Shown: positions 52,642-62,327, counted from the stretch's first letter. The stretch is DNA of 64,000 nt from an uncultured Acidimicrobiaceae bacterium (GCA_963785415.1 CAWAVB010000001.1:1443922-1507921), one strand, 5' to 3'. Translations and numbers: made by a program. The notes: generated from the letters alone by a model not told the origin.

Positions 52642-53178
52642 TCAGGCCGCGAAGTCGGGGAATCCGCGGTCGCGCGCGGAGATCGTGCGCTCGGCGCTCG
52701 GCACGGGCCAGCGGATGTCGAAGGCCGGATCGTTCCAGCGCACGCCGCGGGTCGCTTCGGGGACGTACTCGTGACCCATCTGGTACAGGACCTCACAGCC
52801 GTCGACGAGAGTCTGGAAGCCGTGGGCCATGCCCCGCGGCAGGTAGAGCATCTTGCCGTTCTCGGCGCTCAGCTCCACCCCGTACCAGGTGCAGTACGTG
52901 GGGCTCTCCGGTCGCAGATCGATCCCCACGTCGAAGATCGCTCCTCGCACGCAACGCACCAGCTTCGTCTCACCGTGAGGTTCTGCTTGGTAGTGGAGGC
53001 CCCGCAGCGTGTCGCGCTGTTCGTTGAACGAGGCGTTGCACTGCACGACCGTGGGTTCCAGACCGCGCGCGCGGAACTCGTCGGCGTCGAAGGTACGAGA
53101 GAACCAGCCGCGCTCGTCACCGAGCCGCTCGAGCTCGACGAGCCATGCCCCGGCCAGCGGCGTCTCGCTGAACAGCAC
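52642..53178 (-). CDS. NDP-4-keto-6-deoxyhexose 3,5-epimerase (RmlC-like cupin)
   Basis: DERGWFSRTF...RGLHYQ...KLVRCVRGAIFDVGIDLR...PRGMAHGF. The GTG at 53178 gives (M)LFSETPLAGAW. The track ORF opens at 53289. Confidence 0.85.
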   Translation of the reverse strand: MLFSETPLAGAWLVELERLGDERGWFSRTFDADEFRARGLEPTVVQCNASFNEQRDTLRGLHYQAEPHGETKLVRCVRGAIFDVGIDLRPESPTYCTWYGVELSAENGKMLYLPRGMAHGFQTLVDGCEVLYQMGHEYVPEATRGVRWNDPAFDIRWPVPSAERTISARDRGFPDFAA

Positions 53179-53189
53179 GACGTGGCGAC

Positions 53190-54422
53190 TCAGGCGTGCA
53201 GCGCTAGCACCGGAGTGCGGGCGGCGAACTGTCCGCCCCACTCGCGGATGTAGCTCAGCTGCTCGATGATCTCGTCCTTGAGGTTCCAAGGGAGGATCAG
53301 CACCACGTCGGGGCGGTCCTCGCGGATGGCCTCAGGAGACCGGATCGGGATATGGCTGCCGGGGAGGAGGTGGCCCTGCTTGTGGGGATTGAGATCGCAG
53401 GTGTACTCGAGGAAGTCGCTCCCCACGCCGCAGTAGTTGAGCATCGTGTTGCCCTTGGCGGGCGCGCCGTAGCCGACCACACGCTTGCCGTCCTCCTTGA
53501 GGCCGATCAGGAACTGGAGGATCTGGCGCTTGTCCGCCTTCACGCGGACGCCATAGTTCGTATAGGTGTCAAGCCGTTCGTAGCCTGCTGCGCGTTCGCG
53601 CTCGCGCATCTCCTCGACGCGATCGGTATCGCTCTTGTTGGCATCGTCCTCATGGCAACCGTAGATGCGCAGCGACCCGCCGTGAGTGGGCAGCTCGTCG
53701 ATGTCGAACAGACGCAGGCCTTGCGCGGCGAACACGCTTTCGACGGTGAGGAAGGAGAAGTAGGAGAAGTGCTCGTGGTAGATCGTGTCCCACTGGTTGT
53801 CCGCGATGAGCCGCATCAGATGCGGGAACTCCATGGTGATGACGCCACCCGGCTTGAGGAGGACTTTCAGCCCAGCCACGAAGTCGTTGAGATCGGGCAC
53901 ATGGGCGAGCACGTTGTTCCCGAGAAGCAGGTCAGCCGGCGATTCTTCGACCAGCGTTGCCGCAAACTCGCGACCGAAGAATTCGACCAGAGTAGGAATG
54001 TCTCTCTCCAGCGCCACCTTGGCTACATTGGCCGCCGGCTCGATGCCCAGTACGGGGATCTTGTGCTCGTGGAAGTACTGCAGCAAGTAGCCGTCGTTGG
54101 AGGCGATCTCCACCACCCGACTGTCTTGGTCGAGTCCCAGGCGGTCGATCATCGTCTCCGCATATTGCCGGCAGTGCTCAAGCCAGCTGGTCGAGTACGA
54201 CGAGAAGTAGGCGTAGTCCGAGAAGATCCGGTCGGGGGTCTCGAACTCCTGCAGCTGCACCAGAAAGCAGCTTTCGCAAACCAGTGCGCGTAGCGGGTAG
54301 AAGGGCTCCATCGCGTTCGCGCGCTCGGGCGGCACGTAGGAGTTGGCTAGGGGTGACATGCCCAGATCCGCGAACACGGCTTCCAGCGGAGCTCCGCAGA
54401 ACCTGCAGGGTGTGGCGGTCAT
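53190..54422 (-). CDS. NDP-hexose C-methyltransferase (TylCIII-like: zinc-ribbon, SAM MTase and C-methyltransferase C-terminal domains)
   Basis: CRFCGAP...CESCFLVQL zinc ribbon, YAYFSSYSTSW, and VVEIASNDGYLL SAM motif; about 410 aa. The ATG at 54422 overlaps the rfbG stop as ATGA. Confidence 0.8.
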   Translation of the reverse strand: MTATPCRFCGAPLEAVFADLGMSPLANSYVPPERANAMEPFYPLRALVCESCFLVQLQEFETPDRIFSDYAYFSSYSTSWLEHCRQYAETMIDRLGLDQDSRVVEIASNDGYLLQYFHEHKIPVLGIEPAANVAKVALERDIPTLVEFFGREFAATLVEESPADLLLGNNVLAHVPDLNDFVAGLKVLLKPGGVITMEFPHLMRLIADNQWDTIYHEHFSYFSFLTVESVFAAQGLRLFDIDELPTHGGSLRIYGCHEDDANKSDTDRVEEMRERERAAGYERLDTYTNYGVRVKADKRQILQFLIGLKEDGKRVVGYGAPAKGNTMLNYCGVGSDFLEYTCDLNPHKQGHLLPGSHIPIRSPEAIREDRPDVVLILPWNLKDEIIEQLSYIREWGGQFAARTPVLALHA

Positions 54423-55522
54423 GTCGACGTCAAGGAGTATTGAAACGCGCGAATCTGGTCCACAGTTACGGCGCGCATGTCCTCGCCCATGCTCAGCGAG
54501 CGATACCAACCGATCGTCGAGTCCAGGCCCTCTGTCAGGTTCCATCGGGGTCGCCAGCCCAGACGCATTCTGGCGCGCGAGGAGTCGAGCTTGAGGTACG
54601 ACGCCTCGTGTGGATGGGCACCAGCGTCCTGGACCCAGTCCAGCTTGTCAGGCCAGAGTTCCGTTAACCGCTCGACAATTGCGCGAACCGGCCAAGCATC
54701 GTCGTCGGAGGGCCCAAAGTTCCAGCCGCCGGCAAACTTCTGGGAGTGCCAAAGTGCCTGTGCCAATACCAGGTAGCCACTCAGGGGGTTGAGAACGTGC
54801 TGCCAGGGACGGACGGCGTCGGGATTGCGTATGAGAACCGGCTCGCCAGCCAGCGCGGCGCGCATGATGTCTGGCAGCAAACGGTCCACGGCCCAGTCGC
54901 CTCCGCCGATGACGTTTCCGGCGCGGACAGAGGCCAGCCGTGTGTCCTCGGGATCGGAGAAGAACGACCTGCGAAAGGCATCGGTCACCAGCTCGGAGCA
55001 GCCCTTGGAGCTCGAGTACGGGTCATGGCCGCCCATCGGCTCGCACTCGCGGTAGCCCCACTCCCATTCACGGTTGTCGTAGCACTTGTCCGAGGTCACG
55101 TTGATCATTACACGCACCCCGCTAGCGCGTCGCACCGCTTCGAGCACGTTGACAGTGCCCATCACGTTGGTCTCGTACGTTTCGCGGGGCTCCTCGAAGG
55201 AGCGGCGCACCAGCGACTGAGCCGCCATGTGGATCACGATCTCGGGGCGAGCGGCGGCAAGCGCAGACGACAACGACTCGAAATCCCGAACATCGACGCG
55301 CAGGTCGTGGATGCCTTCGCCAACGCGCGCGGCTTCGTACAACGACGGAGTCGTGGGCACCGCGTCGGACAGGCCGGTGACGACGGCGCCCAGCTCGCCG
55401 AGCCATAAGCTCAGCCAGGAGCCCTTGAAGCCGGTATGGCCGGTGACGAGCACTTGCCGGCCGCTCCAGAAGCCCTCGTCGAACCGACCCGAGAGAGCCT
55501 CACCGGCGACCGGCGAGCTCAC
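54419..55522 (-). CDS. rfbG: CDP-glucose 4,6-dehydratase
   Basis: [29 protein letters not shown] and YSSSKGCSE (YxxxK). The GTG at 55522 overlaps the rfbF stop as GTGA. Confidence 0.88.
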   Translation of the reverse strand: MSSPVAGEALSGRFDEGFWSGRQVLVTGHTGFKGSWLSLWLGELGAVVTGLSDAVPTTPSLYEAARVGEGIHDLRVDVRDFESLSSALAAARPEIVIHMAAQSLVRRSFEEPRETYETNVMGTVNVLEAVRRASGVRVMINVTSDKCYDNREWEWGYRECEPMGGHDPYSSSKGCSELVTDAFRRSFFSDPEDTRLASVRAGNVIGGGDWAVDRLLPDIMRAALAGEPVLIRNPDAVRPWQHVLNPLSGYLVLAQALWHSQKFAGGWNFGPSDDDAWPVRAIVERLTELWPDKLDWVQDAGAHPHEASYLKLDSSRARMRLGWRPRWNLTEGLDSTIGWYRSLSMGEDMRAVTVDQIRAFQYSLTST

Positions 55523-56289
55523 GCCCAAGTCTTCCAAGGGGCGCCGCCACTTTCCCACAGGTCCTCGAGGTGGAGTTGATCGCGCAGGGTGTCCATCGCT
55601 TGCCAGAAGCCGCCGTGGCGGTAGCACGCCAATTGACCGTCGCGAGCCAGGCGGTGGACCGGCTCGTTCTCCCAGACTGTCGTGTCGTCGGTCAGGTACC
55701 GCTTGACCTGGGGGGACAGGACGAAAAAGCCACCGTTAATCCAGTTGCCGTCGCCGGGGGGCTTCTCGCGGAAGTCGAGGACCCGTTCGCCGTCGATCTG
55801 CAACGCTCCGAAACGGCCGGGCGGTTGCACCGCGGTGATTGTCGCCAGCCTCCCCTGATTGCGGTGGAAGGCGACCAGCGCCGTGATGTCTATGTCGGCC
55901 AAGCCGTCGCCGTAGGTGAAGCAGAAGTCCTCGTCGCCGAGGTAGCCGAGCACCCGCAGCAGGCGACCGCCGGTCATGGTCTGATCTCCTGTCTCGACCA
56001 GCGTCACCTTCCACGGCTCGGTGGTCGAGCGGTGCACCTCCATCGTCCCGCAGGCGACGTCGAACGAAACGTCGCACGTATGCAGGTAGTAGTTGGCGAA
56101 GTACTCCTTGATCATGTAGCCCCTGTAGCCGAGACAGATCACGAACTCGTCGATCCCGTGCGACGAGAAGACCTTCATGATGTGCCACAAGATCGGCTTG
56201 CCACCGATCTCGACGAGTGGCTTAGGCCGGACCGCGGTCTGCTCGCTGAGGCGCGAGCCCATGCCTCCCGCAAGGATCACTGCCTTCAC
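55519..56289 (-). CDS. rfbF: glucose-1-phosphate cytidylyltransferase
   Basis: (M)[38 protein letters not shown]...[16 protein letters not shown]. The GTG at 56289 matches the usual [10 protein letters not shown]-terminus. The ORF opens at the TTG at 56316. Confidence 0.88.
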   Translation of the reverse strand: MKAVILAGGMGSRLSEQTAVRPKPLVEIGGKPILWHIMKVFSSHGIDEFVICLGYRGYMIKEYFANYYLHTCDVSFDVACGTMEVHRSTTEPWKVTLVETGDQTMTGGRLLRVLGYLGDEDFCFTYGDGLADIDITALVAFHRNQGRLATITAVQPPGRFGALQIDGERVLDFREKPPGDGNWINGGFFVLSPQVKRYLTDDTTVWENEPVHRLARDGQLACYRHGGFWQAMDTLRDQLHLEDLWESGGAPWKTWA

Positions 56290-56308
56290 GGGGCGAGAGC
56301 TTATAGGC

Positions 56309-56575
56309 TCAGCCAATAGGAGAAAAGCCTGGTAGTGGGTCAGTTTGATTCCGCGAGCAGCAGGCTAGTTTCACCTGACTGTCTGCTCTAACTCCGAAAG
56401 GGGACGTCCCCCTGTTTGCTTCGACAACGCTCCACGTAATGAGGAGTGCCAGCTGAAAAGTGAGTAGGAGGAGCCCGGTCCGTCGGACCCTTTGGAAGAT
56501 GGGATTGACGGGTGCGATGTCGGCGGGAGATGGCTCGGACAGTTCGAGGGAGGTGGCAGAAATAGGGTTTCTCAC
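56309..56575 (-). CDS. possible small single-pass membrane protein
   Basis: 88-aa ORF with a TM segment [18 protein letters not shown], lying between the GT-C gene and rfbF. No family was recognised and the ribosome-binding-site spacing is poor. Confidence 0.25.
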   Translation of the reverse strand: MRNPISATSLELSEPSPADIAPVNPIFQRVRRTGLLLLTFQLALLITWSVVEANRGTSPFGVRADSQVKLACCSRNQTDPLPGFSPIG

Positions 56576-56621
56576 CTCCGGATGTCGTCGTCTAGGCGGG
56601 GGTTCAGGGAGTGTTCGGAAC

Positions 56622-58781
56622 TTATCGCGCGGCCGGTGAGGACCACTTGACTTCGACCGGGCCCGAGTAACCGTAGTTATACGAGTTCTTCGGGTGGATC
56701 CAGCTCAGTAGGTAAACGGGCGGGCTAGATGTTCCCTCAGGCGCGAGGTCAAGCACACGGAAGGTCGCCGAGCCGTTTGAGGTTGTTCGCGCGAATACAA
56801 CGTGTTTCGTGTTCGGAAAGCCGTTGATGGAAGCCTCGGCGTGCTGCGAACCGCTTTGCGACAGAACCACTTCCCACATGGCCACGCGGATTCCCGAGGC
56901 ACGAACAGGCACGCCAGACGCATTTTCGATCTGGGCGTGGAAGACGATCGACCGTCCTACGGGAACAGGGCCGTTCACCACGTTCGGCGTCAGCACGACG
57001 TGGAAGTTCCGCGCCAGGTACACGGGGCTCGTTGAGAGGGCGTCTGGCGCCGCCGAGACGGCGGAGATGACGAATGGAGTATCGAGGCCCGGGTTCGTTT
57101 GGAGGTTGGGCGAACTGAGGATGTAGAGCGCGGAGTGACCGCCTCGCAGGGCGGCGGGACCGGAATCGATTGTCCAGTATGAACTCAACTGACCTCCAGA
57201 ATCGTCCGCGAAATACGGCCGAACAGGGGATCCCGTCAGATTGGTCGCTCGAACGACAGCCCTCCAGATGTCCTGGCGCTGGATCTCGACACTTATGGAT
57301 TCGACCCGCAACACCAGCGGAGCCGATGCGGAAAGGGCCAGTCCGACGAAGGCGAGCGTGGGAGCGAAGACGGCGGCCGTCAGTCCGATCCGGAGGCTGG
57401 TGAGCCTTGACAATGACCACGCGATGGGTACTGGACGCGGGGCCGGTCCCGGCACGACGACCGCAGCGAGCCAAAGCGGTGCGACCTCAAGCCAGTACCC
57501 GTCCAACGGACGCGTGCTCACGAAGAACATCAGTCCCGCGAAGACGATCCCAGCCCGCCAGAGTCCCCGGAACCACACGACGTAGGCGACGAGAAGGCCC
57601 GCGAGCAGAGCGAGCGCGGCGTCCGAGTACCAGCCGAGATTCCCGCCCCCGAGGTGGAGAAGAACCGTCAAGTCGACAAGACCCTCGCCGTAGGGGATGG
57701 CGTGCTGCGTGAACGGGGCGATCACGTCTCGCCACCAGGCGTCCGCGCTCCAAATGATGAAGGGCAGGTTCACGATCCCGAATGCAGCCAAGACGGCGAG
57801 AGCGAAGCGCAGCGCGACGCGCGCCGAGCCGGCGTTGCCGAGTCTGCGGGATCCGGCGCGCCAGATACCGAGTACGAGAAACAAGGCCATGAGCCAGACG
57901 ATCTGCTCGACTGCGCACGCGAGTCCGAGGCAGACAGCCCGGGTCAGGTCACCTCGGGACAGTCGACCCGTGCGACCGATCTCGGTCCAGTTCCAGATTG
58001 CAACAAGTGCAAACGGCAGGAACATCGGATAGAAGGAACCGGACACTTCGAAGCCGAAGAGCAGCGGGATCTCGAAGACGGTGATCACCGCGAGCGCTCG
58101 GAGTCCCCGCGGCAACATCGAGTACAAGACGAAGGCGGCGACGCATTGGAAGAAGACCGCCGCGACCGAGACGGACTCGACTCCATTTGTCAGCCAGTAG
58201 AAGGGCACATTGAGGAGCAACGGGAACGACGGGTAGTCATAGGCGCTGGAAATTGTTCCGTTCGTTAGCGCCGTGGGCGTTGGTGACACCCCGTATAGCT
58301 GGAGGCTCGGCGCCATCGAGTGGGTGAAGGGGTTGATGCCGCGGAGAAGCAGTCGCGTGCCGTACTGGACGAACGCGCCGTCATCCTCGCCAAACCCCTT
58401 GCGGGCGAGCAGCAACCCTGCTGCTTCGGTCGACGTGAGTGCAACTGCGACGACGAGCACCGCGAGCGTCACCCAATTCAGGGCACGCTTGGAACGGACC
58501 GTGCAGGCAGCAGTGGTGAGTCCGAGTGCAAACAGGAAGCCCAGGGGCGAGATCTCGGCTCGCCATGGAGCGCTCACTCCGACGCCGAAATTAGCCGATG
58601 CAAGGACGAGCAGGCCCAAGGCTGCGACGACGGTGAGCGCTCGTTGGACCGTTTCTGGCGAACCGATCGCGTCGTCTTTCAGGTGGCGTGGCAACCGACC
58701 GTGCTCTGCAAAGTCGCGACCTTCGTCGTCAGCTTCGCTGCCGCGCGTCGTGGCGAATCCGGATCCTTCTCCAGTAGCCAT
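56622..58781 (-). CDS. polytopic membrane protein, GT-C-like putative glycosyltransferase with a C-terminal Ig-like/beta-rich domain
   Basis: About 12 TM segments. The first extracytoplasmic loop GFGEDDGAFVQYGTRLLLRGINPF matches the D[DE]xxxY..G..P signature seen in GT-C families (ArnT, PMT, GT87). The C-terminal domain of about 250 aa is soluble. Confidence 0.55.
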   Translation of the reverse strand: MATGEGSGFATTRGSEADDEGRDFAEHGRLPRHLKDDAIGSPETVQRALTVVAALGLLVLASANFGVGVSAPWRAEISPLGFLFALGLTTAACTVRSKRALNWVTLAVLVVAVALTSTEAAGLLLARKGFGEDDGAFVQYGTRLLLRGINPFTHSMAPSLQLYGVSPTPTALTNGTISSAYDYPSFPLLLNVPFYWLTNGVESVSVAAVFFQCVAAFVLYSMLPRGLRALAVITVFEIPLLFGFEVSGSFYPMFLPFALVAIWNWTEIGRTGRLSRGDLTRAVCLGLACAVEQIVWLMALFLVLGIWRAGSRRLGNAGSARVALRFALAVLAAFGIVNLPFIIWSADAWWRDVIAPFTQHAIPYGEGLVDLTVLLHLGGGNLGWYSDAALALLAGLLVAYVVWFRGLWRAGIVFAGLMFFVSTRPLDGYWLEVAPLWLAAVVVPGPAPRPVPIAWSLSRLTSLRIGLTAAVFAPTLAFVGLALSASAPLVLRVESISVEIQRQDIWRAVVRATNLTGSPVRPYFADDSGGQLSSYWTIDSGPAALRGGHSALYILSSPNLQTNPGLDTPFVISAVSAAPDALSTSPVYLARNFHVVLTPNVVNGPVPVGRSIVFHAQIENASGVPVRASGIRVAMWEVVLSQSGSQHAEASINGFPNTKHVVFARTTSNGSATFRVLDLAPEGTSSPPVYLLSWIHPKNSYNYGYSGPVEVKWSSPAAR

Positions 58782-58944
58782 CTTTCAAGACTCTCCGTCA
58801 GGACGACCCGTTCGCGGCGCGCTCCTCGTGGATGTCATCTTCCGCAGGATCGCCGAACGAACCGTTCGGGATCGACCGGCTGGAGCAGATGCGAGGATCT
58901 CGCTTCACTGATTCCGATCGCCGAGAGTAGTGCAAACAGCAACA

Positions 58945-58969
58945 TGGGGCCGCTTGGCAGGCGGCCCCA
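58945..58969 (-). terminator. GC-rich hairpin, possible terminator downstream of the catalase gene
   Basis: TGGGGCCGC-ttggcag-GCGGCCCCA is a perfect 9-bp stem. On the minus strand it is followed by TGTTGCTGTTTGC. It lies at the island/core transition. Confidence 0.35.
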
Positions 58970-59251
58970 CGCCAGGTTGGGGAAGACATGGCGCTCGTCG
59001 TCGCTGATCACCGAGGAGTGTGAAGTTCGATCGTGTGGCTGAATGGCGAACCGAACGTTGAGTGGGGGTCCACCTCGCGAAAGTCGGGAACGTGCGACGC
59101 GATGGCGAGGCCGGCCGAAGCGAGACCACAGTGGTGTCTCGACGTGTCGAACACGTTGAGCTTGAGCTCTTGGAGGGGTTTTGTTGACGGCTCACCCGCC
59201 GACCTCATCGGAAGGCGCGCGACTCGCGCCCCCGGTGAGGCACCGACGTCA

Positions 59252-60724
59252 CTAGCCAGTCTTGAGTGTCTTCTCCAACTTGGCACCAAGGTCGGCGTCG
59301 ACCTGCCGCCAGTAGGCGAGCACCCTGGGGATCATCGACTCGGACACGCCGCTTTTTACGTGCCCCGCGATGTTGCCGACGAGGTGCTCACGGTCGGTCG
59401 GCGAAAGGACGGCGCGATAGAGCGATCCCGCTTGACCAAAGTCGTCGTCCTCCTTGTGGAGGTCATAGGCCGCACGGATGATCTCGCCAGAGACGGTCCA
59501 ACCTGCGGGGTCGCCAAAAAGTGCGGGGTCCGCCGCCGGTCCCCCAACCGAGTTCGGCGCGTACACGGGATCACCCGGGTTCTCGTACCGCATCGCCCCG
59601 TCCTTGTTGTACGAGTTGACGGGGGACTTGGGACGGTTGACCGGCAGCTGGAGGTAGTTCGTCCCGATCCGGTGGCGGTGCGTGTCCGGGTAGCTGAACA
59701 TCCTCCCGAGCAGCATCTTGTCCGGGCTCGGCCCGACACCCGGGACCATGTTCGACGGCTCGAACGCCGCCTGCTCGATCTGGGCGAAGTAGTCCTCGTG
59801 GTTCCGGTTGAGCGTCAGGCGTCCGATCTTGATCGCCGGGTAGTCCGAGTGCGGCCAGACCTTCGTGAGGTCGAAGGGGTTGAACCGGTAGTCGGCCGCG
59901 TCCTCGAAGTCCATGATCTGCATCTCGAGCGTCCAGCTCGGGTGCTCGCCACGCTCGATCGCGGTGTGGAGGTCGCGCAGGTGGTAGTCGGAATCCTCGG
60001 CGGCCATCGCCTTCGCCTCGGCGTCGGTGAAATTCTCGATCCCCTGGTCCGTCTTGAAGTGGTACTTGACCCAGAACTTCTCGCCGGCGGCGTTGACCCA
60101 CATGAAGGTGTGACTGCCGTAGCCGTTCATGTGCCTCCAGGTCCGGGGTGTTCCCCGGTCGGTCATGAGGAACGTCACCTGGTGCGCGGACTCGGGCGAG
60201 AGCGTCCAGAAGTCCCACTGCATGTTGTTGTCGCGCAGATGGGTGTCGGCGCGGCGCTTCTGGGAGTGGATGAAATCGGAGAACTTGGATGGGTCGCGGA
60301 TGAAGAAGATCGGCGTGTTGTTGCCCACGAGGTCGTAGTTGCCCTCGTCCGTGTAGAACTTGATCGCGAAGCCGCGGGGGTCCCGCACGGTGTCGGCGGA
60401 CCCGAGCTCACCGGCGACCGTCGAGAACCGGATGAGCACGTCGGTCGTGACGTTCTTCTGGAAGACCTGGGCCCTCGTGTACTGGCTCACGTCCTCGAAG
60501 CATTCGAAGACGCCGAAGGCGCCGCCGCCCTTGGCGTGGACGACGCGTTCGGGCACGCGCTCCCGGTTGAACTGCGCCATCTTCTGGATGACGTAGTGGT
60601 CGTGGAGCAGGATCGGCCCATCCGGGCCGACGGTGAGCGAATGCTCGTCGCTCGGCGCGGGGATCCCGGCGTCGGTCGTCGTCGGGCGGGGGGAGTTCTT
60701 CGGGTTGTCTGTTCTTCCTGGCAT
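59252..60724 (-). CDS. monofunctional heme catalase
   Basis: [20 protein letters not shown], the distal His/Asn context, and [12 protein letters not shown]. The ATG at 60724 is preceded by GAAGAGGTGA. The track ORF opens at 60826. Confidence 0.92.
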   Translation of the reverse strand: MPGRTDNPKNSPRPTTTDAGIPAPSDEHSLTVGPDGPILLHDHYVIQKMAQFNRERVPERVVHAKGGGAFGVFECFEDVSQYTRAQVFQKNVTTDVLIRFSTVAGELGSADTVRDPRGFAIKFYTDEGNYDLVGNNTPIFFIRDPSKFSDFIHSQKRRADTHLRDNNMQWDFWTLSPESAHQVTFLMTDRGTPRTWRHMNGYGSHTFMWVNAAGEKFWVKYHFKTDQGIENFTDAEAKAMAAEDSDYHLRDLHTAIERGEHPSWTLEMQIMDFEDAADYRFNPFDLTKVWPHSDYPAIKIGRLTLNRNHEDYFAQIEQAAFEPSNMVPGVGPSPDKMLLGRMFSYPDTHRHRIGTNYLQLPVNRPKSPVNSYNKDGAMRYENPGDPVYAPNSVGGPAADPALFGDPAGWTVSGEIIRAAYDLHKEDDDFGQAGSLYRAVLSPTDREHLVGNIAGHVKSGVSESMIPRVLAYWRQVDADLGAKLEKTLKTG

Positions 60725-60729
60725 CTCGG

Positions 60730-61215
60730 TCACCTCTTCTGATCTCGTTGCGGAGTGGGTTTGGCGGAGCGCTGCCGGGACGGCTCTGGCGGGCGGGTGG
60801 CGGTCGCGGACTGGCAGCGCGGGCACAGGCCCCAGTAGGTCACCTCGGCCTCGTCGAGGATGAATCCGTGCAGTTCGGAGGGTTCCAGGCAGGGAGCCGA
60901 GCCGACGGCACAGTCGACGTCGGCGGTCGCGCCGCAGACCCGGCAGACGACGTGGTGGTGGTTGTCGCCGACGCGGGTCTCGTAGCGGGCGGGGCTTCCC
61001 GCGGGCTCGACACGGCGGACGAGATTGGCTGCCGCGAGCGAGCGCAGCGTGTCGTACACCGCTTGACGGGAGACGCTGCCGAGTTGGTTGTCGACGGCGC
61101 GGAAGATCGTCTCCACGTCGGCGTGGGGCCGGGCGCCGACCTGTTTGAGGACGGCGAGGCGCACTGCCGTCACGCGTCTTCCCGCGGATCGCAGGAGCTG
61201 GACGTCGTCCTGCAT
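60730..61215 (-). CDS. Fur-family transcriptional regulator (FurA/PerR-like, coupled to catalase)
   Basis: [13 protein letters not shown]...[10 protein letters not shown]...CPRC. Its stop lies 5 nt before the catalase ATG. Confidence 0.85.
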   Translation of the reverse strand: MQDDVQLLRSAGRRVTAVRLAVLKQVGARPHADVETIFRAVDNQLGSVSRQAVYDTLRSLAAANLVRRVEPAGSPARYETRVGDNHHHVVCRVCGATADVDCAVGSAPCLEPSELHGFILDEAEVTYWGLCPRCQSATATRPPEPSRQRSAKPTPQRDQKR

Positions 61216-61319
61216 CGTCGTCACGATGGGGACCTTACGACGCGATCTGGAATGAGTCAAGAAACTGGAGTAGTTCCAATAAGAACACTCGCCGCTCACT
61301 GATCCGACATGATCTCGGC

Positions 61320-61760
61320 GTGGCGAAACGCAAGCCGCGGGTCGTGGCCCTGGCGCTGATCCGCCGACCGGGAACGAGGGTGATCCTGGTATCGAACAGC
61401 CGCGACGAGGTCGCCGGCGTCCGCTTCCAACGACCTTTCGGGGGCGGGGTCGAGTTCGGCGAACGTGGCGATGAGGCGTTGCGTCGGGAGCTCGCCGAGG
61501 AGCTCGGCGTCGAACTCGCCGAGGCGCGCCTCGTCGGCGCCGTCGAGAACCTATTCGTCTTCGAGGGGCAGCCCGGCCACGAGATCCTGCTCCTGTACGA
61601 GACCGGGTTCGCCGACGCTTCGCTTTACGAAAAAGACCGCTTTGAAGGCGTCGAGGTCGAACCGAAGACAGGCGTGTGGCGCGACCTCGACAACCCGCAG
61701 AACGACGTTCCGCTCTATCCGCCCGGGCTTGCCACGTATTTCACGGCGGGGACCCGGTAG
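61320..61760 (+). CDS. NUDIX hydrolase
   Basis: Nudix box GGGVEFGERGDEALRRELAEELGV. Confidence 0.8.
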   Translation: MAKRKPRVVALALIRRPGTRVILVSNSRDEVAGVRFQRPFGGGVEFGERGDEALRRELAEELGVELAEARLVGAVENLFVFEGQPGHEILLLYETGFADASLYEKDRFEGVEVEPKTGVWRDLDNPQNDVPLYPPGLATYFTAGTR

Positions 61761-61795
61761 CCACCCGCCCGCAGCACCGCCGCGGGTCGTTCGGG

Positions 61796-62200
61796 TCAGC
61801 CCGGCCCAGGCCGCTGGCTGCAGTCGCGGCAACGCCCCCGCATGGCGAAGTGGTGGGGGTCGATCGTGAAGCCGAACTCCTCGAGGGTCACCGTCGCGAG
61901 CGCGGAGAAGAGCTGGTCGCCGACTTCGAGCACCGTGCCGCACTCCTCGCAAACGAGATGGCAGTGCGTCGTGGGTGCGAGGTGGTAGGTCGCGGGGCCA
62001 TGTCCGAGATGGACGTGGGTGACCACACCGAGCCGCTCGAGCTCCTCGAGGTTGCGGTAGACGGTCGAGAGGTGGACGTCGGGCGCTTCCGCCTGCACCT
62101 CCGCGGCGAAGTCCTCGGCGGTGCGGTGGCGCGGCGAGGCGAAGAGCGACCGCAGGATCAACCGCCGGGCGGTCGTCGCCCGGCCCCCGGTCGCGCGCAT
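61796..62200 (-). CDS. Fur-family transcriptional regulator (Zur/Fur-like)
   Basis: MRATGGRATTARRLILRSL...STVYRNLEELERLGVV...HCHLVCEECG...CRDC. The upstream part of track ORF 61796..62728 is an out-of-context extension that overlaps the Rrf2 gene. Confidence 0.8.
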   Translation of the reverse strand: MRATGGRATTARRLILRSLFASPRHRTAEDFAAEVQAEAPDVHLSTVYRNLEELERLGVVTHVHLGHGPATYHLAPTTHCHLVCEECGTVLEVGDQLFSALATVTLEEFGFTIDPHHFAMRGRCRDCSQRPGPG

Positions 62201-62327
62201 CCGCTCGATGACGTCGGCGACGGACTCGTCGACTGCCGCGTCACGTGTCTCATCGTGTTCCGACGGCGCGTTGGCCGCGGAGCCGGACGCGTGTGCTCGC
62301 CGGGCGGGCACCTCTCGTCGGTCCGGG

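Larger units (their letters stand above)
34950..59000. other. tRNA-Ile-adjacent lower-GC genomic island carrying glycan biosynthesis genes and IS elements (right boundary approximate)
   Basis: Composition drops abruptly by eye right after the tRNA. There are IS remnants at the tRNA side and two intact IS elements. Core-like composition and core synteny resume at the catalase/fur genes. No integrase and no tRNA 3'-end direct repeat were found. Confidence 0.6.

Noticed and set aside
58780-59260. Direct repeat of the tRNA-Ile 3' end marking the distal island boundary (attR)
   Set aside because: Only a 7-nt match (GTTCGAT at about 59020) was found, which is not above chance. The right boundary is therefore given only approximately, from the composition shift.
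59033-60742. 569-aa plus-strand ORF
   Set aside because: It is antisense to the catalase gene and has a repetitive V/R/D/G-rich translation.
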